From: Lineus longissimus
Lineage: Eukaryota
NCBI RefSeq assembly: GCF_910592395.1
Contig: NC_088308.1
Span: forward strand, 1,674,001-1,738,000
Direction of reading: 5' to 3'
DNA length: 64,000 nt
Below the pieces are notes generated by a model. It saw nothing but the letters and a program-made list of their open reading frames with translations. It was not told where the DNA came from and did not search any database. The translations under genes were made by a program, and so were the position numbers. Below are positions 40,401 through 52,400 of the stretch, piece after piece (the stretch's first letter is position 1; every line of letters starts with the position of its first letter).

Positions 40401-43400
40401 GTAAGACGGTTTACAGAAACGATCGCCAGGGATGTCGACAGTGTTACCGAGTATGCAAAAGCAAACCTGGTAAGTCTGGTAAATAAAATTGAAGTTGGAC
40501 CCTATCATGTCAGAGAAATTTCTCAAAGTTAAAAAATCCTCCTAAAACTCCAGTTGAGTGTAATATTTATAAAAAGCATGAAAAAAATCGTGATTGTATT
40601 TTGACGATTGACAAATTGTGTTATCTTGGGCCATCTATAGAATAAAACTATTGTGATTGTGCAATTTCCATCTGACTTCAGTGTGCAGAAGGAAGCGTTG
40701 TAGATCGACTAGACAGATATGCAGGTACGGCAGGAAGAAGGTTTACAGAAACGATCGCCGGGGATGTCGACAGTGTTACCGAGTATGCAAAAGCAAACCT
40801 GGTAAGTCCGGTGAATAAACTTTAAGTTGGTAAATTCCGAAATTTCACAAACACCTCCTTCAATACCAGAGAAGTTGAATATGAATAGAAGGCATCAAAG
40901 AATCGTGATTGTGTTTTAACGATCCAAATTGTACCATCGTGAGTATAATTACCGTCACACTTCAGGTTGCAAAAGGAAGCGTTGTGTCTTAAGCAAAAAG
41001 ATATGCAGGTACGGCAGGAAGACGGTTTACAGAAACGATCGCCAGGGATGTCGACAGTGTTACCGAGTATGCAAAAGCAAACCTGGTAAGTCTGGTAAAT
41101 AAAATTGAAGTTGGACCCTATCATGTCAGAGAAATTTCTCAAAGTTAAAAAATCCTCCTAAAACTCCAGTTGAGTGTAATATTTATAAAAAGCATGAAAA
41201 AAATCGTGATTGTGTTTTGACGATTGACAAATTGTGTTATTTTGGGCCATCTATAGAATTAAACTATTGTGATTGTGCAATTTCCATCTGACTTCAGTTT
41301 GCAGAAGGAAGCGTTGTAGATCGACTAGACAGATATGCAGGTATGGCAGGAAGAAGGTTTACAGAAACGATCGCCGGGGATGTCGACAGTGTTACCGAGT
41401 ATGCAAAAGCAAACCTGGTAAGTCCGGTGAATAAACTTTAAGTTGGTAAATTCCGAAATTTCACAAACACCTCCTTCAATACCAGAGAAGTTGAATATGA
41501 ATAGAAGGCATCAAAGAATCGTGATTGTGTTTTAACGATCCAAATTGTACTATCTTGAGTATAATTACCGTCACACTTCAGGTTGCAAAAGGAAGCGTTG
41601 TGTCTTAAGCAAAAAGATATGCAGGTACGGCAGGAAGACGGTTTACAGAAACGATCGCCAGGGATGTCGACAGTGCTACCGAGTATGCAAAAGCAAACCT
41701 GGTAAGTCTGGTAAATAAAATTGAAGTTGGACCCTATCATGTCAGAGAAATTTCTCAAAGTTAAAAAATCCTCCTAAAACTCCAGTTGAGTGTAATATTT
41801 ATAAAAAGCATGAAAAAAATCGTGATTGTGTTTTGACGATTGGCAAATTGTGTTATCTTGGGTCATCTATAGAATAAAACGATTGTGATTGTGCAATTTC
41901 CATCTGACTTCAGTTTGCAGAAGGAAGCGTTGTAGAGCGACTAGACAGAAATGCAGGTACGGCAGGAAGAAGGTTTACAGAAACGATCGCCGGGGATGTC
42001 GACAGTGTTACCGAGTATGCAAAAGCAAACCTGGTAAGTCCGGTGAATAAACTTTAAGTTGGTAAATTCCGAAATTTCACAAACATTTCCTTCAATACCG
42101 GAGAAGTTGAATATGAATATAAGGCATCAAAGAATCGTGATTGTGTTTTAACGATCCAAATTGTACTATCTTGAGTATAATTACCGTCACACTTCAGTTT
42201 GCAGAAGGAAGCGTTGTAGATCGACTAGACAGATATGCAGGTATGGCAGGAAGAAGGTTTACAGAAACGATCGCCGGGGATGTCGACAGTGTTACCGAGT
42301 ATGCAAAAGCAAACCTGGTAAGTCCGGTGAATAAACTTTAAGTTGGTAAATTCCGAAATTTCACAAACACCTCCTTCAATACCAGAGAAGTTGAATATGA
42401 ATAGAAGGCATCAAAGAATCGTGATTGTGTTTTAACGATCCAAATTGTACCATCTTGTGTATAATTACCGTCACACTTCAGGTTGCAAAAGGAAGCGTTG
42501 TGTCTTAAGCAAAAAGATATGCAGGTACGGCAGTAAGACGGTTTACAGAAACGATCGCCAGGGATGTCGACAGTGTTACCGAGTATGCAAAAGCAAACCT
42601 GGTAAGTCTGGTAAATAAAATTGAAGTTGGACCCTATCATGTCAGAGAAATTTCTCAAAGTTAAAAAATCCTCCTAAAACTCCAGTTGAGTGTAATATTT
42701 ATAAAAAGCATGAAAAAAATCGTGATTGTATTTTGACGATTGACAAATTGTGTTATCTTGGGCCATCTATAGAATAAAACTATTGTGATTGTGCAATTTC
42801 CATCTGACTTCAGTGTGCAGAAGGAAGCGTTGTAGATCGACTAGACAGATATGCAGGTACGGCAGGAAGAAGGTTTACAGAAACGATCGCCGGGGATGTC
42901 GACAGTGTTACCGAGTATGCAAAAGCAAACCTGGTAAGTCCGGTGAATAAACTTTAAGTTGGTAAATTCCGAAATTTCACAAACACCTCCTTCAATACCA
43001 GAGAAGTTGAATATGAATAGAAGGCATCAAAGAATCGTGATTGTGTTTTAACGATCCAAATTGTACCATCGTGAGTATAATTACCGTCACACTTCAGGTT
43101 GCAAAAGGAAGCGTTGTGTCTTAAGCAAAAAGATATGCAGGTACGGCAGGAAGACGGTTTACAGAAACGATCGCCAGGGATGTCGACAGTGTTACCGAGT
43201 ATGCAAAAGCAAACCTGGTAAGTCTGGTAAATAAAATTGAAGTTGGACCCTATCATGTCAGAGAAATTTCTCAAAGTTAAAAAATCCTCCTAAAACTCCA
43301 GTTGAGTGTAATATTTATAAAAAGCATGAAAAAAATCGTGATTGTGTTTTGACGATTGACAAATTGTGTTATTTTGGGCCATCTATAGAATTAAACTATT

Positions 43401-46400
43401 GTGATTGTGCAATTTCCATCTGACTTCAGTTTGCAGAAGGAAGCGTTGTAGATCGACTAGACAGATATGCAGGTATGGCAGGAAGAAGGTTTACAGAAAC
43501 GATCGCCGGGGATGTCGACAGTGTTACCGAGTATGCAAAAGCAAACCTGGTAAGTCCGGTGAATAAACTTTAAGTTGGTAAATTCCGAAATTTCACAAAC
43601 ACCTCCTTCAATACCAGAGAAGTTGAATATGAATAGAAGGCATCAAAGAATCGTGATTGTGTTTTAACGATCCAAATTGTACCATCTTGAGTATAATTAC
43701 CGTCACACTTCAGGTTGCAAAAGGAAGCGTTGTGTCTTAAGCAAAAAGATATGCAGGTACGGCAGGAAGACGGTTTACAGAAACGATCGCCGGGGATGTC
43801 GACAGTGTTACCGAGTATGCAAAAGCAAACCTGGTAAGTCTGGTAAATAAAATTGAAGTTGGACCCTATCATGTCAGAGAAATTTCTCAAAGTTAAAAAA
43901 TCCTCCTAAAACTCCAGTTGAGTGTAATATTTATAAAAAGCATGAAAAAAATCGTGATTGTGTTTTGACAATTGACAAATTGTGTTATTTTGGGCCATCT
44001 ATAGAATAAAACTATTGTGATTGTGCAATTTCCATCTGACTTCAGTTTGCAGAAGGAAGCGTTGTAGATCGACTAGACAGATATGCAGGTATGGCAGGAA
44101 GAAGGTTTACAGAAACGATCGCCGGGGATGTCGACAGTGTTACCGAGTATGCAAAAGCAAACCTGGTAAGTCCGGTGAATAAACTTTAAGTTGGTAAATT
44201 CCGAAATTTCACAAACACCTCCTTCAATACCAGAGAAGTTGAATATGAATAGAAGGCATCAAAGAATCGTGATTGTGTTTTAACGATCCAAATTGTACCA
44301 TCTTGAGTATAATTACCGTCACACTTCAGGTTGCAAAAGGAAGCGTTGTGTCTTAAGCAAAAAGATATGCAGGTACGGCAGGAAGACGGTTTACAGAAAC
44401 GATCGCCGGGGATGTCGACAGTGTTACCGAGTGTGCAAAAGCAAACCTGGTAAGTCTGGTAAATAAAATTGAAGTTGGACCCTATCATGTCAGAGAAATT
44501 TCTCAAAGTTAAAAAATCCTCCTAAAACTCCAGTTGAGTGTAATATTTATAAAAAGCATGAAAAAAATTGTGATTGTGATTTGACGATTGACAAATTGTG
44601 TTATTTTGGGCCATCTATAGAATAAAACTATTGTGATTGTGCAATTTCCATCTGACTTCAGTTTGCAGAAGGAAGCGTTGTAGATCGACTAGACAGATAT
44701 GCAGGTATGGCAGGAAGAAGGTTTACAGAAACGATCGCCGGGGATGTCGACAGTGTTACCGAGTATGCAAAAGCAAACCTGGTAAGTCCGGTGAATAAAA
44801 TTTAAGTTGGACCCAATCATGTTACGTCGTGAAAATGTTCTCTCGCCTGCTTAGAAGAAAGCCAAAGGGAATTGCCAGTTACTACCAGTTATTAAAGAAT
44901 ATCTGACCGAGTCGATCACTATCGACATTTGCTGTCAGAGTAAAGACAAAGATTTCACTCAACATGCTTCTAGAAATTTCTTTGTCAATATTTCAGCATG
45001 TGGTGTGGGCTACAAATGGAAGAATAGAAAATGCCGCTGTAAGTAGTGTACTAACCTAGAAATAAACCACTCAGATCCCCCCAAAAAATTAGCTGGTAAC
45101 GAAACCACCTGGCTCAAACTCTTGACTTTTCGAAATAAAGAATTGACCATGCGGGGGAGGTAAAATACAACAAGGGCATGTTTGGTTTCCTTAAGAGGTA
45201 TTATTTGCAGCCAAAGTCCATTTGGCCTTAGGTACATTTACTTTGCCAGTAAAAAAATGAGAAATCTTGCTGACTGAAGAAGCTGGACCTTTTTTTTTTC
45301 TGATTGTCTTTCACTTTGTAGTCTACAAATGCCCATCTGGTTATAAAAAAGTTCGGACTGGCATATGGAGACGGAGGACAATCTGCAGGAAAAAAGGTGC
45401 GTTTGATTTTATTTTTTCTCTTTGAATTTCTTCCCATGCTTCATAGATTCGTTTTACCTACATTTTCATTTAGTAAAAATGTTCTCTGGCCTGCTTAGAA
45501 GAAAGGGAAAGGGAATTGACAGTTACTACCAGTAATCAATGTATATCTGACCGAGTCGATCACTATCGACATTTGTTGTCAGAGTAAAGACAAATATTTA
45601 ACGCAACATGCTTCAAGAAATTTCTATGTATATATTTCAGCATGTGGTGTGGGCTACAGACGAAAGAAAGGAAAATGCCGCTGTAAGTTTTGTACTAACC
45701 AAGAAATAAAGCACTTCAGATCAAAACAAACCTTACTGGAAATACAGACACCTGGCTGAAACGCTGGACTTTTCTAAATAAAGAATTGATCACGTGGGGG
45801 GAGGTAAAATACAACAAGGGCATGTTTGGTTTCCTTAAGAGGTATTATTTGCAGCCAACACCCATTTGGCCTTGGGTACATTTACTTTGCCAGTAAAAAA
45901 ATGAGAAATCTTGCTGACTGAAGAAGCTGGACCTTATTTTCTGATTGTCTTTCACTTTGTAGTCTACAAATGCCCATCTGGTTATAAAAAAGTTCGGACT
46001 GGCATATGGAGACGGAGGACAATCTGCAGGAAAAAAGGTGCGTTTGATTTTATTTTTTCTCTTTGAATTTCTTCCCATGCTTCATAGATTCGTTTTACCT
46101 ACATTTTCATTTAGTAAAAATGTTCTCTGGCCTGCTTAGAAGAAAGGGAAAGGGAATTGACAGTTTCTACCAGTAATCAATGTATATCTGACCGAGTCGA
46201 TCACTATCGACATTTGTTGTCAGAGTAAAGACAAAGATTTAACTCAACAGGCTTCTACAAATTTCTATGTCAATATTTCAGCATGTGGTGTGGGCTACAG
46301 ATGGAAAAAAGGAAAATGCCGCTGTAAGTTGTGTACTAACCAAGAAATAAAGCACTTCAGATCAAAACAAACCTAACTGGAAATACAGACACCTGGCTGA

Positions 46401-49400
46401 AACTCTTGACTTTTCGAAATAAAGAATTGATAATGCGGGTGAGGTAACAACAAGAGCATGGTTGGTTTCCTAAAAGGGTACTACAGCACCTAAAGACCCT
46501 TTGGCCTAAACAGTTAGCTACATTTACTTTGCCAGTAGAAAAAAAGAAGTCTTGCTGACTGAACAAGCTCGACCTTATTTTCTGATTGTCTTTCACTTTG
46601 TAGTCCACAAATGCCCATCTGGTTATAAAAAAGTTCGGACTGGCATATTGAGACGGAGGACAGTCTGCAGGAAAAAAGGTGCGTTTGATTTTATTTTTTC
46701 TCTTCGACGTATTTCGCAAGCTTCTTAGATTTACTTTACCTCCATTTTCATTTAGGAATGTTCAGAGAGGACTAAGGGCCGGGCCATGTCCACAGCCACT
46801 GTTATATTTCGTCTTTCCACTGCTGCTGTGTATCACCCACACATGTTATTATAGTCTCAAGATTCTAGGATACAGTCGCAAGAAAATGTTATCTGTCGTG
46901 CTGAGAAGATAGTGAAAGAGAATTACAAGTTACTACCAGTTATCAAAGAATATCTGACCGAGTCGATCACTATCGACATTGTTGTCAGAGTAAAGAGAAA
47001 GATTTAACTCAACATGCTTCTAGATATTTTTATGTCAATATTTCAGCATGTGGTGTAGGCTACAGATGGAAAAAGGGAAAATGCCGCTGTAAGTTGTGTA
47101 CTAACCTAGAAATCAAACACCTCAGATCCAAAAAAAACCTAACTGGTAATGCAGCCACCTGGCCTAAACTCTTGACTTTTCGAAATGAAGAATTGATAAT
47201 GCGGGTGAGGTAACAACAAGAGCATGTTTGGTTTCCTAAAAGGGTACTACAGCACCTAAAGACCCTTTGGCCTAAACAGTTAGCTACATTTACTTTGCCA
47301 GTAGAAAAAAAGAAGTCTTGCTGACTGAACAAGCTCGACCTTATTTTCTGATTGTCTTTCACTTTGTAGTCTACAAATGCCCATCTGGTTATAAAAAAGT
47401 TCGGACTGGCATATTGAGACGGAGGACAATCTGCAGGAAAAAAGGTGCGTTTGATTTTATTTTTTCTCTTTGAATTTCTTCCCATGCTTCATAGATTCGT
47501 TTTACCTACATTTTCATTTAGTAAAAATGTTCTCTGGCCTGCTTAGAAGAAAGGGAAAGGGAATTGACAGTTTCTACCAGTAATCAATGTATATCTGACC
47601 GAGTCGATCACTATCGACATTTGTTGTCAGAGTAAAGACAAAGATTTAACTCAACAGGCTTCTACAAATTTCTATGTCAATATTTCAGCATGTGGTGTGG
47701 GCTACAGATGGAAAAAAGGAAAATGCCGCTGTAAGTTGTGTACTAACCAAGAAATAAAGCACTTCAGATCAAAACAAACCTAACTGGAAATACAGACACC
47801 TGGCTGAAACTCTTGACTTTTCGAAATAAAGAATTGATAATGCGGGTGAGGTAACAACAAGAGCATGGTTGGTTTCCTAAAAGGGTACTACAGCACCTAA
47901 AGACCCTTTGGCCTAAACAGTTAGCTACATTTACTTTGCCAGTAGAAAAAAAGAAGTCTTGCTGACTGAACAAGCTCGACCTTATTTTCTGATTGTCTTT
48001 CACTTTGTAGTCTACAAATGCCCATCTGGTTATAAAAAAGTTCGGACTGGCATATTGAGACGGAGGACAATCTGCAGGAAAAAAGGTGCGTTTGATTTTA
48101 TTTTTTCTCTTTGAATTTCTTCCCATGCTTCATAGATTCGTTTTACCTACATTTTCATTTAGTAAAAATGTTCTCTGGCCTGCTTAGAAGAAAGGGAAAG
48201 GGAATTGACAGTTTCTACCAGTAATCAATGTATATCTGACCGAGTCGATCACTATCGACATTTGTTGTCAGAGTAAAGACAAAGATTTAACTCAACAGGC
48301 TTCTACAAATTTCTATGTCAATATTTCAGCATGTGGTGTGGGCTACAGATGGAAAAAAGGAAAATGCCGCTGTAAGTTGTGTACTAACCAAGAAATAAAG
48401 CACTTCAGATCAAAACAAACCTAACTGGAAATACAGACACCTGGCTGAAACTCTTGACTTTTCGAAATAAAGAATTGATAATGCGGGTGAGGTAACAACA
48501 AGAGCATGGTTGGTTTCCTAAAAGGGTACTACAGCACCTAAAGACCCTTTGGCCTAAACAGTTAGCTACATTTACTGTGCCAGTAGAAAAAAAGAAGTCT
48601 TGCTGACTGAACAAGCTCGACCTTATTTTCTGATTGTCTTTCACTTTGTAGTCTACAAATGCCCATCTGGTTATAAAAAAGTTCGGACTGGCATATTGAG
48701 ACGGAGGACAGTCTGCAGGAAAAAAGGTGCGTTTGATTTTATTTTTTCTCTTCGACGTATTTCGCAAGCTTCTTAGATTTACTTTACCTCCATTTTCATT
48801 TAGGAATGTTCAGAGAGGACTAAGGGCCGGGCCATGTCCACAGCCACTGTTATATTTCGTCTTTCCACTGCTGCTGTGTATCACCCACACATGTTATTAT
48901 AGTCTCAAGATTCTAGGATACAGTCGCAAGAAAATGTTATCTGTCGTGCTGAGAAGATAGTGAAAGAGAATTACAAGTTACTACCAGTTATCAAAGAATA
49001 TCTGACCGAGTCGATCACTATCGACATTGTTGTCAGAGTAAAGAGAAAGATTTAACTCAACATGCTTCTAGATATTTTTATGTCAATATTTCAGCATGTG
49101 GTGTAGGCTACAGATGGAAAAAGGGAAAATGCCGCTGTAAGTTGTGTACTAACCTAGAAATCAAACACCTCAGATCCAAAAAAAACCTAACTGGTAATGC
49201 AGCCACCTGGCCCAAACTCTTGACTTTTCGAAATAAAGAATTGATAATGCGGGTGAGGTAACAACAAGAGCATGTTTGGTTTCCTAAAAGGGTACTACAG
49301 CACCTAAAGACCCTTTGGCCTAAACAGTTAGCTACATTTACTTTGCCAGTAGAAAAAAAGAAGTCTTGCTGACTGAAGAAGCTCGACCTTATTTTCTGAT

Positions 49401-52400
49401 TGTCTTTCACTTTGTAGTCTACAAATGCCCATCTGGTTATAAAAAAGTTCGGACTGGCATATTGAGACGGAGGACAATCTGCAGGAAAAAAGGTGCGTTT
49501 GATTTTATTTTTTCTCTTTGAATTTCTTCCCATGCTTCATAGATTCGTTTTACCTACATTTTCATTTAGTAAAAATGTTCTCTGGCCTGCTTAGAAGAAA
49601 GGGAAAGGGAATTGACAGTTTCTACCAGTAATCAATGTATATCTGACCGAGTCGATCACTATCGACATTTGTTGTCAGAGTAAAGACAAAGATTTAACTC
49701 AACAGGCTTCTACAAATTTCTATGTCAATATTTCAGCATGTGGTGTGGGCTACAGATGGAAAAAAGGAAAATGCCGCTGTAAGTTGTGTACTAACCAAGA
49801 AATAAAGCACTTCAGATCAAAACAAACCTAACTGGAAATACAGACACCTGGCTGAAACTCTTGACTTTTCGAAATAAAGAATTGATAATGCGGGTGAGGT
49901 AACAACAAGAGCATGGTTGGTTTCCTAAAAGGGTACTACAGCACCTAAAGACCCTTTGGCCTAAACAGTTAGCTACATTTACTGTGCCAGTAGAAAAAAA
50001 GAAGTCTTGCTGACTGAACAAGCTCGACCTTATTTTCTGATTGTCTTTCACTTTGTAGTCTACAAATGCCCATCTGGTTATAAAAAAGTTCGGACTGGCA
50101 TATTGAGACGGAGGACAGTCTGCAGGAAAAAAGGTGCGTTTGATTTTATTTTTTCTCTTCGACGTATTTCGCAAGCTTCTTAGATTTACTTTACCTCCAT
50201 TTTCATTTAGGAATGTTCAGAGAGGACTAAGGGCCGGGCCATGTCCACAGCCACTGTTATATTTCGTCTTTCCACTGCTGCTGTGTATCACCCACACATG
50301 TTATTATAGTCTCAAGATTCTAGGATACAGTCGCAAGAAAATGTTATCTGTCGTGCTGAGAAGATAGTGAAAGAGAATTACAAGTTACTACCAGTTATCA
50401 AAGAATATCTGACCGAGTCGATCACTATCGACATTGTTGTCAGAGTAAAGAGAAAGATTTAACTCAACATGCTTCTAGATATTTTTATGTCAATATTTCA
50501 GCATGTGGTGTAGGCTACAGATGGAAAAAGGGAAAATGCCGCTGTAAGTTGTGTACTAACCTAGAAATCAAACACCTCAGATCCAAAAAAAACCTAACTG
50601 GTAATGCAGCCACCTGGCCCAAACTCTTGACTTTTCGAAATAAAGAATTGATAATGCGGGTGAGGTAACAACAAGAGCATGTTTGGTTTCCTAAAAGGGT
50701 ACTACAGCACCTAAAGACCCTTTGGCCTAAACAGTTAGCTACATTTACTTTGCCAGTAGAAAAAAAGAAGTCTTGCTGACTGAAGAAGCTCGACCTTATT
50801 TTCTGATTGTCTTTCACTTTGTAGTCTACAAATGCCCATCTGGTTATAAAAAAGTTCGGACTGGCATATGGAGACGGAGGACAATCTGCAGGAAAAAAGG
50901 TGCGTTTGATTTTATTTTTTCTCTTTGAATTTCTTCCCATGCTTCATAGATTCGTTTTACCTACATTTTCATTTAGTAAAAATGTTCTCTGGCCTGCTTA
51001 GAAGAAAGGGAAAGGGAATTGACAGTTACTACCAGTAATCAATGTATATCTGACCGAGTCGATCACTATCGACATTTGTTGTCAGAGTAAAGACAAATAT
51101 TTAACGCAACATGCTTCAAGAAATTTCTATGTATATATTTCAGCATGTGGTGTGGGCTACAGACGAAAGAAAGGAAAATGCCGCTGTAAGTTTTGTACTG
51201 TACTAACCAAGAAATAAAGCACTTCAGATCAAAACAAACCTTACTGGAAATACAGACACCTGGCTGAAATGCTGGACTTTTCTAAATAAAGAATTGATCA
51301 TGTGGGGGGAGGTAAAATACAACAAGGGCATGTTTGGTTTCCTTAAGAGGTATTATTTGCAGCCAACACCCATTTGGCCTTGGGTACATTTACTTTGCCA
51401 GTAAAAAAATGAGAAATCTTGCTGACTGAAGAAGCTGGACCTTATTTTCTGATTGTCTTTCACTTTGTAGTCTACAAATGCCCATCTGGTTATAAAAAAG
51501 TTCGGACTGGCATATGGAGACGGAGGACAATCTGCAGGAAAAAAGGTGCGTTTGATTTTATTTTTTCTCTTTGAATTTCTTCCCATGCTTCATAGATTCG
51601 TTTTACCTACATTTTCATTTAGTAAAAATGTTCTCTGGCCTGCTTAGAAGAAAGGGAAAGGGAATTGACAGTTACTACCAGTAATCAATGTATATCTGAC
51701 CGAGTCGATCACTATCGACATTTGTTGTCAGAGTAAAGACAAAGATTTAACTCAACAGGCTTCTACAAATTTCTATGTCAATATTTCAGCATGTGGTGTG
51801 GGCTACAGATGGAAAAAAGGAAAATGCCGCTGTAAGTTGTGTACTAACCAAGAAATAAAGCACTTCAGATCAAAACAAACCTAACTGGAAATACAGACAC
51901 CTGGCTGAAACTCTTGACTTTTCGAAATAAAGAATTGATAATGCGGGTGAGGTAACAACAAGAGCATGGTTGGTTTCCTAAAAGGGTACTACAGCACCTA
52001 AAGACCCTTTGGCCTAAACAGTTAGCTACATTTACTTTGCCAGTAGAAAAAAGAAGTCTTGCTGACTGAACAAGCTCGACCTTATTTTCTGATTGTCTTT
52101 CACTTTGTAGTCTACAAATGCCCATCTGGTTATAAAAAAGTTCGGACTGGCATATTGAGACGGAGGACAATCTGCAGGAAAAAAGGTGCGTTTGATTTTA
52201 TTTTTTCTCTTTGAATTTCTTCCCATGCTTCATAGATTCGTTTTACCTACATTTTCATTTAGTAAAAATGTTCTCTGGCCTGCTTAGAAGAAAGGGAAAG
52301 GGAATTGACAGTTTCTACCAGTAATCAATGTATATCTGACCGAGTCGATCACTATCGACATTTGTTGTCAGAGTAAAGACAAAGATTTAACTCAACAGGC

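Noticed and set aside
33661..42341. 66-aa plus-strand ORFs (...FAEGSVADRLDRYAG...) as an alternative frame of the 120-nt exon
   Set aside because: This frame hits TAA in every type-B exon, is out of phase with upstream exons, and the TGT/TGC variants are non-synonymous in it.
33858..44506. Fifteen 106-aa minus-strand ORFs (MRNFSDMIGS...)
   Set aside because: Antisense shadows of the repeat unit with non-ATG starts; splice signals and Cys conservation point to the plus strand.
46756..46900. Extra ~125-bp segment after ttttcatttag in ten long units of array B as a third exon
   Set aside because: Phase-1 reading stops after six codons (GMFRED*) and no convincing donor follows; treated as an intron variant.
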